Below, piece after piece: positions 1 to 10,398 of a stretch of DNA of 64,000 bases. The notes beneath the pieces are model-generated. The model was not told the origin of the DNA. It did not search any database and worked only from the letters and a program-made list of their open reading frames with translations. Position numbers and translations under genes: made by a program. This stretch comes from Candidatus Bathyarchaeia archaeon (GTDB taxonomy: Archaea; Thermoproteota; Bathyarchaeia; Bathyarchaeales; Bathycorpusculaceae). The stretch covers positions 58,267 through 122,266 of the forward strand of contig JBEKHN010000004.1 of NCBI GenBank assembly GCA_050012255.1, in the 5' to 3' direction. Each line of letters starts with the position of its first letter. Position 1 is the stretch's first letter.

Positions 1-496
1 CCGTTGCAATCACCCTTTTGACCTTGGTGCTTGCCAAAACCTTTTCCAAGATTGGGTAAAGCGCGTCCAAGACAACAACTGTTTCTGCTTCAGAATCGTT
101 CAGCTGATGCGCCACTTCTCGCTCTCGGTATAACGGGCTTATGGCGGTCTCGATAGCCCCTATTTTTGTGATGCCGTAATAAGAGATGACGAATTGAGGT
201 ATGTTTGGCAGGAAAATGGCGACCTTGTCGCCCTTCTTAACGCTCAAACCGTCCAGCGCAGTTGCAAACCTGTCTGAAAGATTATTGAGCTCTCGGTAGG
301 TCATCACTTTGTTGAAGTAAACTATGGCAGTGTGCTCAGGGAATTTCTCAGCTGTTTCTTCAAGCAGGCCGTGAAGCGGAACTTCGGGAAAGTCTATGTG
401 CCTCCGAACTCCTTCGGGCCAAAACTTGAACCACGGCTTCTCAGACGGTTCCTCAGTGAATGATCGTTCTTTGATCTTCCTCTTCTTTGCCGACAT
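1..496 (-). CDS. Long-chain-fatty-acid--CoA ligase (5' part; runs off the window edge)
   Basis: Manual translation from ATG at 496: MSAKKRK...KPWFKFWPEGVRRHIDFPEVPLHGLLEETAEKFPEHTAIVYFNKVMTYREL...GDKVAIFLPNIPQFVISYYGITKIGAI, typical FadD/LcfA N-terminus; not in the ORF track. Confidence 0.88.
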   Translation of the reverse strand, partial: MSAKKRKIKERSFTEEPSEKPWFKFWPEGVRRHIDFPEVPLHGLLEETAEKFPEHTAIVYFNKVMTYRELNNLSDRFATALDGLSVKKGDKVAIFLPNIPQFVISYYGITKIGAIETAISPLYREREVAHQLNDSEAETVVVLDALYPILEKVLASTKVKRVIAT

Positions 497-631
497 AGTC
501 AGCCCTATTCTTGAATATTCGCTGCGTCAGGAAGTAATAACGCTTTCCACGAATAGTTTAACGTCGCGACACGTTTTCTCTACCAATTTCATTTCCTGAA
601 AAACCGCACGTATAAGGCTTGAGCCATTCTG

Positions 632-1090
632 TTATCTACGGGCAGAAATGGCTTTAGCAATCAAGCCTGCGAAAAGTATGGGAAGACCAATCCCTATTAA
701 ATCGAAACTGAGCCAAGCATACGGCCTGTATGTATTGACTTCCTGATAAGGTATCAGCTTTCCACCTGGACCCCTTTGATATACGGTGACAACGCTTGCC
801 ACTGCTTGAAACTCAATAACCGCGAAGGAGAGAGCCAAAAAAGCAACGCAGACGCAAATCAATATTGTCCCTAGGCCGTTCAGCGAGAGTAGCTTTAAGG
901 AGAAAAGTCCGACGCGAGCAAAAAAGCCAAAGATGAACAAAACAATTCCGAAGAAAAAAGCGACCACAGACACGAGTGAACCGAAATTCTCGACATAAAA
1001 CAGTCCTACAACCAAGAGCACTATGCCTGAAAAAATCATGAGGTTTCCAGAGTACTCCTGCAAGTATTCTTTTAACACGTCTATTGCCAT
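632..1090 (-). CDS. Hypothetical membrane protein (about 4 TM helices)
   Basis: 152-aa ORF with four hydrophobic stretches. Confidence 0.65.
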   Translation of the reverse strand: MAIDVLKEYLQEYSGNLMIFSGIVLLVVGLFYVENFGSLVSVVAFFFGIVLFIFGFFARVGLFSLKLLSLNGLGTILICVCVAFLALSFAVIEFQAVASVVTVYQRGPGGKLIPYQEVNTYRPYAWLSFDLIGIGLPILFAGLIAKAISARR

Positions 1091-1454
1091 TCATTTCGCC
1101 TTGAGTGCCATGCCAGCAAGCCTAATCAGATCTCAACCTTAACAGAAAAGTCACACTCTTTACATTTAAGCGCAACGGTCGTTACCTCGGGCCAAGGGAT
1201 TTGGCATGTTCCTCAAGCGCGCGCTGTCTCTATCTCCAAGGTTCTTCGGCAGGGTTGCCCTACACGCACCTCTGTTAATAGTGAAGAATGTCTCTCGTCT
1301 CCTTTTGCTTTGTGCGTCTTATGTTAGAAACGTCGGCCAAAGCCAAACTTTGAGATCGCTCAAACCGTGTGCAAGGATAAGCATGGAAAAGGAAAAAAGG
1401 GGAAGATGCGCGAAATATCTAGGCTCAGCGAACAATCCTGCGGAGGGAAAGTCT

Positions 1455-2291
1455 ATGCAAACCGAGCAAGTGTCAATACTGTGTGAAAACGCGAGGCTGT
1501 ACGCTCAATTGCACATTCCTGACATTGTTCCAGCCCCGGCTGTACTTGTTTGCCACTTCATGGATGCCCGAGGCTATCACGGGCTAGGGATCTACACTCG
1601 TCTGGCTGAGGTTGCCTGTCAAGCCGGGTTTGTGTCTTTGACTTTCGATTTTCGCGGAGTCGGGAAAAGCACTGGGCAGTTTGATTACGGTTTGGGAGAG
1701 CAGCAGGACGTGAAATGCGCTTTGAGTTATCTGACCTCGAAAAAAGAAGTTTTACCTAACAGCATCTTTGTCGTTGGACACAGCCTAGGCGCGGCAGTGT
1801 CGCTCTACGCTGTTCAGAACGATGCGCGAATCAAGGGCCTCGTGTTGTGGTCTCCGCCTAAGAACCACGATTACAACGTTAAGAAGTTCATAAGACGCAC
1901 AAGGGGCAGAATGGGCCTTTACGCGTTTCTTCTCTTCTCCCAGCTTGACCGAGTTTTCAACGTTTCACGAGTGTTCAAAATGGAAGTCTTCGGAATAGAT
2001 CTACGTTTGAGAGATGTCCGTGGAAAACTCATGAAACTAGACGAGTGTAAGGTGATTCAGAAGCTGAAGAATTTGCCCGTGCTGATAGTCATTGGCGATG
2101 CGGATGACATTCACGGTCTAGATGAAGCTCAGGAGGTTTATTCATGTGCGCATGATTCTAAGACCCTCTTGGTGATAAAAGGGGCGAATCACGGTTATGA
2201 AGGTAAAGAGGATGAATTGGTAGCCAAGACAATGGAATGGATAAGAAACGTGGAAGCTGGAAGTCTCAAGTGCAACGGTTATCTCGGTTGA
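1455..2291 (+). CDS. Alpha/beta-fold hydrolase (esterase/lipase-like)
   Basis: FDFRGVGKS, nucleophile motif GHSLG, acid GDADD, His in GANHGY; likely start ATG 1455 (MQTEQV) rather than 1206. Confidence 0.85.
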   Translation: MQTEQVSILCENARLYAQLHIPDIVPAPAVLVCHFMDARGYHGLGIYTRLAEVACQAGFVSLTFDFRGVGKSTGQFDYGLGEQQDVKCALSYLTSKKEVLPNSIFVVGHSLGAAVSLYAVQNDARIKGLVLWSPPKNHDYNVKKFIRRTRGRMGLYAFLLFSQLDRVFNVSRVFKMEVFGIDLRLRDVRGKLMKLDECKVIQKLKNLPVLIVIGDADDIHGLDEAQEVYSCAHDSKTLLVIKGANHGYEGKEDELVAKTMEWIRNVEAGSLKCNGYLG

Positions 2292-2725
2292 AGAGGCACA
2301 AACTCGTAGGTTAGGTTTCCTTCAGTTGTGACTTTGGCCACTAGCTTTGCTCTCATGCCAACTTTTACTTCTGAAAGCTTGAATCCCGTTAGCCATGCAA
2401 GCACCTTCACACCTTCCTTCAACCTTCCGATAGCGACGGTGTACGGCTTGTTTTGCTGGAAAGTGGTCGGCCTTACGACTACATGTGTGAATGTTTCAAT
2501 TTCTGCCTCGCTGCTAAGCTCAACCCACTCAAGACCCGTGGATAAGCATTCAGCGCAGTCAACGTTTGGCGGGAAATAGATTTTTCCGCAGCCTTTGCAT
2601 CTGGTCGCGTAGACTTTTCCCTCTCTTAGGCCTTCGTAAAACTTCAGATTCTTACTTATCGGTATCTCCTGAACAATCTTTATTTCCCTTGATTTTATCG
2701 ATGGCATCGAGGGCATTCTATTCAC
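2279..2725 (-). CDS. Zn-ribbon/OB-fold protein (DUF35 family), thiolase partner
   Basis: CKGCG...CAEC zinc ribbon plus OB-fold; overlaps the thiolase stop. Confidence 0.88.
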   Translation of the reverse strand: MNRMPSMPSIKSREIKIVQEIPISKNLKFYEGLREGKVYATRCKGCGKIYFPPNVDCAECLSTGLEWVELSSEAEIETFTHVVVRPTTFQQNKPYTVAIGRLKEGVKVLAWLTGFKLSEVKVGMRAKLVAKVTTEGNLTYEFVPLQPR

Positions 2726-3900
2726 CTCCGCAGGATAGTCACGTAGCAGTAGTGTCCAGTTCCGCCTACGTTGTGTGCGAGACCGATGTTGTTTTTCAGC
2801 GGCACCTGCCTGCCTTTTTCAGCCTCTCCCCTCAACTGTTTTGTAAGCTCGTACATCATTGAACAACCTGTTGTGCCGATGGGATGACCTTTAGATTTCA
2901 GCCCGCCGTCCATGTTCACAGGGATTTTTCCGCCGATTTCGGTCTGTCCCTCTCGCAGAAGCTTTACTCCTTCACCTTTTGCACAGAATCCAACGTCCTC
3001 ATATGCCATGATTTCTGCAATGGTGAAACAGTCGTGCACTTCCGCGAAGTCAACCTCGCTTGGTGTTATACCTGCGGCTTTGTAAGCTCTTTGTGAAGCT
3101 AGTGCACTTGCTTCTAAACCGACAAAGTTTGATCGTTTGCTGAGGTTTGCGGTTCCTGAAGAATAGCCGATTCCGGCGATCCATATTGGCGTGTCAACTT
3201 TCAGTTCTTTGACTTTTTCTTCAGATGCGAGAACAAGCGCTGCCGCCCCATCTGTCAAGGGGCAACAGTCGAAGAGCTTTAGGGGTGAAGCGATAACCAT
3301 TGAGTTGAGAACGTCGTCAACTGTAATTTTGTTTCGAAGGTGGGCAATTGGGTTCATAGAACCGTATTTGTGGTTTTTCACGGCTACAAGCGCCAGGTCT
3401 TCTTCGGTTGTTCCGTACTTGGCCATGTGAGCGTTTGCGTACAATGCATAGTAGGCTGGGAAGGTTACTCCGAAGTTATGAAACTCCCAGAGATAATAGC
3501 CTGCTCGACCTATCCATTCCATGGCTGTTGCGGAGTCGATTTCCCTCATCTTCTCGACGCCCATTGCCATGGCTATGTCTGCGTGACCACTGGCAATGGC
3601 TGAATATGCCGTGAAGAAAGCTGCGCTACCGCTTGCACATGCTGCTTCACATCGCACGAGCCCTGTCTTTGTCATCCCACAGTATTCTGAAACAACCACT
3701 GCTGGAAGCAGCTCTTCATACCAAGCTCCTGCCCCAACAGACCCAAGAGCGACAAACTGAATGTCACTCGCAGCTAAGCCTGCGTCTTCAAGAGACGGTC
3801 TTACAGCTTCAAAAGCAAGCTCAGAAATGGTCACATCGTTTCTTGCTCCAAACTTTGAGTTGCCAATTCCTATCACTGCCACATTTTTCACGCCAAACAC
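2722..3900 (-). CDS. Acetyl-CoA C-acyltransferase (SCP2-type archaeal thiolase)
   Basis: EAACASG, EVHDCF, KGHPIG, HNVGG motifs. Confidence 0.92.
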   Translation of the reverse strand: MFGVKNVAVIGIGNSKFGARNDVTISELAFEAVRPSLEDAGLAASDIQFVALGSVGAGAWYEELLPAVVVSEYCGMTKTGLVRCEAACASGSAAFFTAYSAIASGHADIAMAMGVEKMREIDSATAMEWIGRAGYYLWEFHNFGVTFPAYYALYANAHMAKYGTTEEDLALVAVKNHKYGSMNPIAHLRNKITVDDVLNSMVIASPLKLFDCCPLTDGAAALVLASEEKVKELKVDTPIWIAGIGYSSGTANLSKRSNFVGLEASALASQRAYKAAGITPSEVDFAEVHDCFTIAEIMAYEDVGFCAKGEGVKLLREGQTEIGGKIPVNMDGGLKSKGHPIGTTGCSMMYELTKQLRGEAEKGRQVPLKNNIGLAHNVGGTGHYCYVTILRR

Positions 3901-3955
3901 ACCCTTCTAGTTAACTTAAGATGCACAAAAAAGTGAAAGAAAGAGGATGTTAAAG

Positions 3956-4750
3956 CTATTTGCCTTTAAACTCGGCCTTTCGCTTGGAGAAGAAAGCTTC
4001 TACGCCTTCTTTGAGGTCTTCTGTTGAGCATGACAGCGCAAAGAGTGCTGCTTCCAGCCGCAACCCAACTTCCAAAGGCACCTGTGTTCCAAAGTTCATT
4101 GCGTGCTTCACATATTTCATGGCTATCGGGGGTCTTTCAGCAAGCTCCTTAGCGATTGTCCTGACCTCGTCTTTAAGCTTCTCGTAGTGGACAACCTTGT
4201 GCACTAGACCTATTCTCAGTGCTTCATCGGCTTTGATCCTGTTTCCAAGCATCACCATTTCCTTAGCCCTCGCTAGACCCACTATCCTGACGAGTCTCTG
4301 CGTTCCACCCCATCCTGGGATCAAGCCCAGCCTGATCTCTGTATTTCCAAGCTCGACATGTTCGGCCGCTATCCTGAGGTCGCACGCCATTGCAAGTTCG
4401 AGGCCACCGCCAAGAGCGTAACCGTTTATAGCAGCGATGACTGGTTTGGACATTTCTTCAACCTTTCCAAAAGTCTCCTGCCCTTTCCTCGCAGCTTCTT
4501 CGGCGTAGACAGGAGTTCCTTTCATCATAGTTAAGTCTGCGCCCGCACTGAAGGCGCGGTCGCCTTCGCCCGTTATCACAACGCATTTGATGCTTGGGTC
4601 GCTTTCTGCAGTGTTGAGCATGTCCAGAAGCTCTTCGATCATGACAGCGTTGAAAGCGTTGAGGCGTTGAGGTCTATTCAGTATGATCCACAGTGTGCCT
4701 TCTTCCCTTTCTATTTTGAGGGTCTCGTATGCTTTGCTCACACTTTTCAC
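3956..4750 (-). CDS. Enoyl-CoA hydratase (crotonase family)
   Basis: AFSAGADL, GYALGGGLELAMACD, EIRLGLIPGWGGTQRL. Confidence 0.93.
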   Translation of the reverse strand: MKSVSKAYETLKIEREEGTLWIILNRPQRLNAFNAVMIEELLDMLNTAESDPSIKCVVITGEGDRAFSAGADLTMMKGTPVYAEEAARKGQETFGKVEEMSKPVIAAINGYALGGGLELAMACDLRIAAEHVELGNTEIRLGLIPGWGGTQRLVRIVGLARAKEMVMLGNRIKADEALRIGLVHKVVHYEKLKDEVRTIAKELAERPPIAMKYVKHAMNFGTQVPLEVGLRLEAALFALSCSTEDLKEGVEAFFSKRKAEFKGK

Positions 4751-4800
4751 CTATTTCCTTGTTTGTTTCATCTGCATATATGATTTTTTCACTTAGCCCT

Positions 4801-5955
4801 CTAATACTTGCTCAGAAGATACTTTAGCACCTGCAGCTTTTGAATCTCGCTTGTTCCCTCGTAAATTTCAGTTATCTTTGCGTCTCTATGGTATTTTTCA
4901 ACGCGGTATTCACCGAAGTATCCGTAGCCTCCTAAGGTTTGGATTGCCGAGTTCGTAGCTTCCATTGCAACGTGGCTTGCGTAGTATTTCGCCATAGCTG
5001 TTGCCATAGCATCCAGTTTTCCTTCGTCAACCAAAGCTGCAGCCTTGTAGGTGAGTAACCTTGCAGCTTCGATCTTTGTTGCCATCTCTGCTAACGTGAC
5101 TCCTATTGCTTCGTGCTGCATTATCGGCATGCCGAAGGCTTCTCGCTGTTTAGCATACTTGAAGGCAATTTCCCATGCTCCCTGCGCCATGCCAACGGCT
5201 TGTGCAGCAACGCCTACTCTGGTCTTGTCGAAGAACTCCATAGAATAGTAGAATCCCTTGTTCAGTTCTCCTATTATGTTCCAGTCTGTCACTTTGACGT
5301 TGCTGAAGTTTAGCTCCCCAGTTATGGATGCTCTGATTCCCATCTTGTTGTGCAGTTTCGTGGCTTCAAGGCCGGGTGTTCCCTTGTCAACCACAAACAG
5401 TGTTTCGCCACGGTGTGTAGGTCTGATCTTAGTGTCTGTTTGGGTCAGAACGACTATGAAATCCGCAACCGTGGCGTTTGTGATGAAGGTTTTCGGTCCG
5501 TTTATCCACCATTCGTTTCCATACTTGGTGGCTGTGGTTTCCATGTGGTTTATGTCGCTTCCGCTGACGTTTGGTTCAGTGAACGCTGCAGCAGACATGA
5601 AGTCGCCTCTGCATATCGGGGGCAAATACGTCTCTTTCTGCTCTTTGCTTCCGTGAGTCATGATGAATTCGCTGCCAAAGTTTCCGCTTGAGATAGCAAC
5701 GCCAAACGATGAGTCTCCGCGGCACATTTCCTCTATTGCTATGCAGGTTTCAAGTAGGCCGAAGCCTTGTCCACCGTATTCTTCTGGGAACATCATGCTC
5801 GTAAAACCCAGTTTGGCCGCTTGCTTGTACAGTTCCGTTGGGAACTCTTCTTTCTTATCGAGCTCCAAAGCTAATTCCGGTTTGAACTCTTTCTGGCAGA
5901 ACTCTCGTACCGCGTTTTTGATGTGCAATTGTTCTTCTGTCAAATCAAACTTCAC
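4801..5955 (-). CDS. Acyl-CoA dehydrogenase
   Basis: AFTEP, NGPKTFITN, KMGIRAS, GGYGY, EIYEGTSEIQK. Confidence 0.94.
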   Translation of the reverse strand: MKFDLTEEQLHIKNAVREFCQKEFKPELALELDKKEEFPTELYKQAAKLGFTSMMFPEEYGGQGFGLLETCIAIEEMCRGDSSFGVAISSGNFGSEFIMTHGSKEQKETYLPPICRGDFMSAAAFTEPNVSGSDINHMETTATKYGNEWWINGPKTFITNATVADFIVVLTQTDTKIRPTHRGETLFVVDKGTPGLEATKLHNKMGIRASITGELNFSNVKVTDWNIIGELNKGFYYSMEFFDKTRVGVAAQAVGMAQGAWEIAFKYAKQREAFGMPIMQHEAIGVTLAEMATKIEAARLLTYKAAALVDEGKLDAMATAMAKYYASHVAMEATNSAIQTLGGYGYFGEYRVEKYHRDAKITEIYEGTSEIQKLQVLKYLLSKY

Positions 5956-7157
5956 TTGTAGAACCCCCTTCCAACTTTCTTCCCAGCCCAGCCTTTGCCC
6001 ACGTACTCTTCAAGAAGTGGACACGGCCTGTACATTTCCATGTTGTACTTGCCCTGAAGCTCTTTAAGCTTGTTGACAACTGTGTCTAGACCAATACGGT
6101 CTGCGTATTCACATGGACCTGAAGGCCAGAACGTGCCCAGCTTCATTCCAGCGTCTATGTCTTCTGGGTTGGCAGCATCATCGTGAATGATCCATGCGGC
6201 CTCGTTTGCAGCAACTGCCCATGACCTTTCCACGTCATATTCGTCCAACAGGTTGAAGGGTATTCTCGGTCGGCCCTTCGTCCAGTCGTAGAATCCTACG
6301 CCCGTTTTCTGGCCGAACTTCTTTTCCTTTATGAGGGGGTCGACGACTTCTGAGCATGGCTTGAAGCGTTCGCCGTAGGCCTCGTACAGGATGTTGCCGA
6401 CTTCATAGGCTATGTCTAGACCGACAAAGTCTGCCAGTTCAAACCATCCCATTGGAAAGCCGCCTGTATACTTGACCGAAGAGTCTATTCCTTCCTTGGT
6501 TGCTTCTCCCTGCTTGTAGGCCCAGAACGCCTCGTTAAACACGGCTCCAAGCACACGGTTCACTATAAAGCCTCGCACGTCCTTTCTCACCACTATCGGA
6601 GTTTTTCCGAGTTTCTTTGCGAGTTCGGAAAGCGTTGTAATCGTTTCCTGGCTTGTGTTTTCTCCTTTGATGACTTCGATCAGCGTCATCATCATTGGTG
6701 GATTAAAGAAGTGCATTCCTGCAACTTTGTCCGGGCGCTTGGTTGCCTTGCCCATTTCTGTTATGCTCAGTGTTGACGTGTTGGAGGCGAGTATTGCATG
6801 GGCAGGTGCTGTTGAGTCTAGTGTGGCAAAGACTTTCTTCTTCAGGTCCATTTGTTCTGGCACTGCTTCGATGGCCATGTCTATGTCCTTGGCGGCTTGT
6901 TCATAACTGGTCGTCGTTCTTATTCTTGCCAGCGCAGCGTCAGCGTCTTCTCGTCTTATTCTTTTCTTTTCAACGAATTTGTCCAAGCTCCACTTGATTT
7001 TTTCCTTGCCTTTCTGGAGAAGGTCATCGCTTACGTCGACCATTGTTACTTCATATCCCGTCATTGCAAGCGCTTCGGCGATGCCGTGGCCCATTGCTCC
7101 GGAGCCTATAATTGCCATTTTTTTCAGTTTCTCACCTGCCAAAATGATCCCTCCCAA
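5952..7157 (-). CDS. 3-hydroxyacyl-CoA dehydrogenase
   Basis: GSGAMGHGIA, EAVPE, SNTSTL, GMHFFNP, GFIVNR; duplicated C-terminal domain. Confidence 0.93.
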   Translation of the reverse strand: MGGIILAGEKLKKMAIIGSGAMGHGIAEALAMTGYEVTMVDVSDDLLQKGKEKIKWSLDKFVEKKRIRREDADAALARIRTTTSYEQAAKDIDMAIEAVPEQMDLKKKVFATLDSTAPAHAILASNTSTLSITEMGKATKRPDKVAGMHFFNPPMMMTLIEVIKGENTSQETITTLSELAKKLGKTPIVVRKDVRGFIVNRVLGAVFNEAFWAYKQGEATKEGIDSSVKYTGGFPMGWFELADFVGLDIAYEVGNILYEAYGERFKPCSEVVDPLIKEKKFGQKTGVGFYDWTKGRPRIPFNLLDEYDVERSWAVAANEAAWIIHDDAANPEDIDAGMKLGTFWPSGPCEYADRIGLDTVVNKLKELQGKYNMEMYRPCPLLEEYVGKGWAGKKVGRGFYK

Positions 7158-7246
7158 CGTTTAATGAATTGCTTGAAGAACGCTAATAAAACTTTTGAAC
7201 GTATGATCCATGTTAGAAAAACGAATAAGAAGGACGGTAGACTTTA

Positions 7247-8401
7247 CTATTGTTGCTTCATCAAATAGTTCGTTATCGTGTACTTCTGCATTTCACTTGT
7301 TCCTTCGTAGATCTCGGTTATCTTGGCACATCTGTGGTAGCGTTCGACGTGATAGTCGGCTAAGTAGCCGTAGCCCCCGAAGATCTGGATCGCGTCGTCT
7401 GTGACTTCCATAGCGGCCCTGCTTGCATACGCTTTGGCCATTGAGGTTGCCACAGCGTTCGGTTTCTCTTTGTCGTAGAGCCAGGCTGCCTTGTACATCA
7501 TCAGCCGGGCTGACTCTATCTTTATCGCCATCTCAGCAAGTCTGAAGCCTATTCCTTGGAAGTTGATTATTGGTTGACCGAACTGTTTTCTCGTTTTCGC
7601 GTAATTTAGGGCCCGTTCGAATGCGCCTTGTGCCATGCCGACTGCTTGGGCGGCTACGGCGATTCTGGTTCCGTCGAAAAGTTCAAGAGTGTAGTAGAAG
7701 CCCTTGCACAGTTCTCCTACGACGTTAGCTTCTGGAACCTTTAAGTCAGCCATGGAAAGCGAACCAGTGACGCATGGTTTGATGCCCATCTTGCCGTGCA
7801 GCTTCGTTGCCTCCAGGCCACACATCCCTTTTTCCGCCAGGAACAGGCTTTGTCCTCTGTGGGAGGGTTGCACGTTGGGATCTGACTGGCACAGTATTAT
7901 GAAAGTGTCGGCTGTTGTGGCGTTCGTTATGAACTCCTTCGCACCGTTTATTGTCCACTCGCTGCCTGTCTTCACAGCGGTTGAATCCATGCGGGTAATG
8001 TCACTGCCATGTTCGGGTTCTGTGAAGGCCGCTGCAGCTATGTGCTCACCTGTTGCCAAGGGCGGGATGTATTTCTTCTTTTGCTCTTCATTCCCGTGTT
8101 TCAGCAGCACGTCCGGGATCATTAGGTTTCCAAGCGAGACAGCAACTCCGAGGCCGGGATCTGCACGGCACATCTCCTCAACAACAAGGCAATCTTCGAA
8201 AACTCCGTACCCCTGTCCACAATATTCTTGGGGTATTCGCATGCTAGTGAAACCGAGCTGCGCAGCCTTCTTATAGAGGGCCATTGGGAACTCTTCTTTC
8301 TGGTCCAACTCCAATGCAAGTTCCGGAGTGAGCTCCTTCGCACAGAATTCTCGGACAGCCTTCACAATTTCCTTTTGCTCATCGTTCAATTTGAAGTCCA
8401 T
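7247..8401 (-). CDS. Acyl-CoA dehydrogenase
   Basis: AFTEPEHGSD, KMGIK, GGYGY, EIYEGTSE; paralog of 4801-5955. Confidence 0.94.
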   Translation of the reverse strand: MDFKLNDEQKEIVKAVREFCAKELTPELALELDQKEEFPMALYKKAAQLGFTSMRIPQEYCGQGYGVFEDCLVVEEMCRADPGLGVAVSLGNLMIPDVLLKHGNEEQKKKYIPPLATGEHIAAAAFTEPEHGSDITRMDSTAVKTGSEWTINGAKEFITNATTADTFIILCQSDPNVQPSHRGQSLFLAEKGMCGLEATKLHGKMGIKPCVTGSLSMADLKVPEANVVGELCKGFYYTLELFDGTRIAVAAQAVGMAQGAFERALNYAKTRKQFGQPIINFQGIGFRLAEMAIKIESARLMMYKAAWLYDKEKPNAVATSMAKAYASRAAMEVTDDAIQIFGGYGYLADYHVERYHRCAKITEIYEGTSEMQKYTITNYLMKQQ

Positions 8402-8418
8402 AATCCTCTTTCTCCCGT

Positions 8419-9414
8419 TTAGGAGCTTGTTTTCTTTGTTTGAAGCTCATATACTTTGCTTTTCAATGCAGGTACCACTTTGAAGAGGTCGTCGACAATG
8501 CCGTAGTCCGAGAAGCTGAAGATGGGTGCTTTGGGGTCCTTGTTTATGGCTATGATGAGGTCTGAGCTTTTCATCCCCAGGACATGTTGGAAGGCGCCGC
8601 TTATGCCCACGGCGATGTAGAGCTTGGGCTTCACAGTTTTTCCAGATGTGCCGACTTGGCGGTCGGTAGGCAGCCAGCCCTTGTCTACGATTGGGCGAGA
8701 GCACGAGAGTACTGCACCTAGGGTTTTTGCAAGCTCTTCCATTATTGGCATGTTAGCCGCGTCCTTTATTCCCCGACCGATGCCGACCAGTTTGTCTGCA
8801 GCTGTGATGTCAACTCCGCCTGGAGGCGGCAAAACGTATTGCAGGAACCGTTTTTCTTGTATCTCTTCCGTGAGCGGAGAGGCAATTTCCGTTATTCGTC
8901 CGTTTGCAGGAGGCATCGGTTTCTGGGGGGCGAAGGTTGCCTGACGGATGGTCGCGATGTAAGTTTCGGCCTTGCGGATGTTGGCTTGGACGTTCACCTT
9001 GCCGCCGTACATCTGTCTGGTAATTGTGAACGCTCCGCTTTCAAAAGCTATGTCTATGCAGTCTGTGGCCAGTGGCTGGTTCAAGCCAGTTGCGAGTCTT
9101 GGAGCTAGGTCCACGCCATATGAGGTGTGTCCCATTAGCAACAGCAAGGGCCTATGCGCGGTGATCAGGGTTGTGAGGATTTTCCTGTAAGCTTCAGAGT
9201 TGAAGTTCTCAAGCTTGGGATCTTCAATGAACAACACGTTCTTTGCGTATTCTGCCAGACTCTTGGCGTGTTCTTTTACGGTTTTTCCCAGCAGAACAGC
9301 GTTGAGCTCTGCACCAGTGTTTTCTGAGAGCTCTCTGGCTTTTGTGAGCATTTCGAAGGTTATGTCTCTCATCTGTCCCTGTCTGTGTTCGGCCAAAACG
9401 AAAATCTCTGTCAT
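8419..9414 (-). CDS. etfA: Electron transfer flavoprotein alpha subunit
   Basis: GRGI, SRPIVD, QVGTSGKTV, GISGAFQH, AINKD. Confidence 0.93.
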   Translation of the reverse strand: MTEIFVLAEHRQGQMRDITFEMLTKARELSENTGAELNAVLLGKTVKEHAKSLAEYAKNVLFIEDPKLENFNSEAYRKILTTLITAHRPLLLLMGHTSYGVDLAPRLATGLNQPLATDCIDIAFESGAFTITRQMYGGKVNVQANIRKAETYIATIRQATFAPQKPMPPANGRITEIASPLTEEIQEKRFLQYVLPPPGGVDITAADKLVGIGRGIKDAANMPIMEELAKTLGAVLSCSRPIVDKGWLPTDRQVGTSGKTVKPKLYIAVGISGAFQHVLGMKSSDLIIAINKDPKAPIFSFSDYGIVDDLFKVVPALKSKVYELQTKKTSS

Positions 9415-9415
9415 G

Positions 9416-10204
9416 TTAAATTAACCCCCTCGACTTGAGGATCTCAGCAATCTTGGCTGCAACCTCGTCTGGGCTTCCCTTCAGAAACTCGGCCTGTTTC
9501 GCTGCTGGTGGAACATACATCTTTTCTATAGTTGTCCATGAACCCGCTGGGCCAACGTCGTTTTCAGTTAAGCCCGTGTCGGCAAGCGCCATCACCTTGA
9601 TCTCTTTCTGCATAGCTTTTCGAATTCCCATTATCGAGACATACCTTGGCTCGTTTATCCCCGTCTGCACGGAAAAAAGCGCGGGTAGTTTAACTTCAAC
9701 CTGCTCTTCCAAGCCTCCTTCAAGTTCACGGTTGACTTTAGCCACACCTGGGCCCAGCTCGATTTTCTTTACCATCGTCGCGTGGGGGATATTGAGCAGC
9801 TCTGCGAGTATTGGCCCAACTACTGCGCTTCCGTCATCACCCGCCTGCATTCCAGTCAGGATCAAGTCGTAATGCAGGCTCTTTATTGCACTGTGCAGTA
9901 TCTTTGCGACCGCATAGCCATCGGAGCCGTTGAACTTTTGGTCGGTCATCCTGATCGCCTTGTCCGCTCCCCGAGCCATGCATTTTCGAAGCGTACTGTC
10001 TGAGTCGTCGCCGCCTAATGTTATCGCCGTGACTGTTCCCCCTTGCTTCTCTTTTATCCGTACAGCTTCTTCCAGTGCGTAGTCGTCCCACTCGTTGATG
10101 TCGAAGACCAAGCCCGTCCTGTCTATGCTCTTTCCCGTAGCGTCGATCTTCAGTTCCGCCTCCGCCGTCTCTGGAACATGTTTGGCGCATACAATTATGT
10201 CCAA
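9416..10204 (-). CDS. etfB: Electron transfer flavoprotein beta subunit
   Basis: KHVPE, INEWDDYALEEA, GMQAGD, NEPRY. Confidence 0.93.
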   Translation of the reverse strand: MDIIVCAKHVPETAEAELKIDATGKSIDRTGLVFDINEWDDYALEEAVRIKEKQGGTVTAITLGGDDSDSTLRKCMARGADKAIRMTDQKFNGSDGYAVAKILHSAIKSLHYDLILTGMQAGDDGSAVVGPILAELLNIPHATMVKKIELGPGVAKVNRELEGGLEEQVEVKLPALFSVQTGINEPRYVSIMGIRKAMQKEIKVMALADTGLTENDVGPAGSWTTIEKMYVPPAAKQAEFLKGSPDEVAAKIAEILKSRGLI

Positions 10205-10398
10205 GTCAACTTGACTCTCCTACATGGTGAGTCTGTTTCACACTCGTTTTCATATAACTTTTGCCTGACAGAATGCTCTTTCGATATCTAGCAATCATGG
10301 ATCGTGCTAGCTCCGCCTTTGACATTTGCTGGCTTCAATGGCTTCAGCAGGTGTTAGCGCGCGCGGTTTTTAAGCAAGCTATGTAGTAGTCTTGGTCT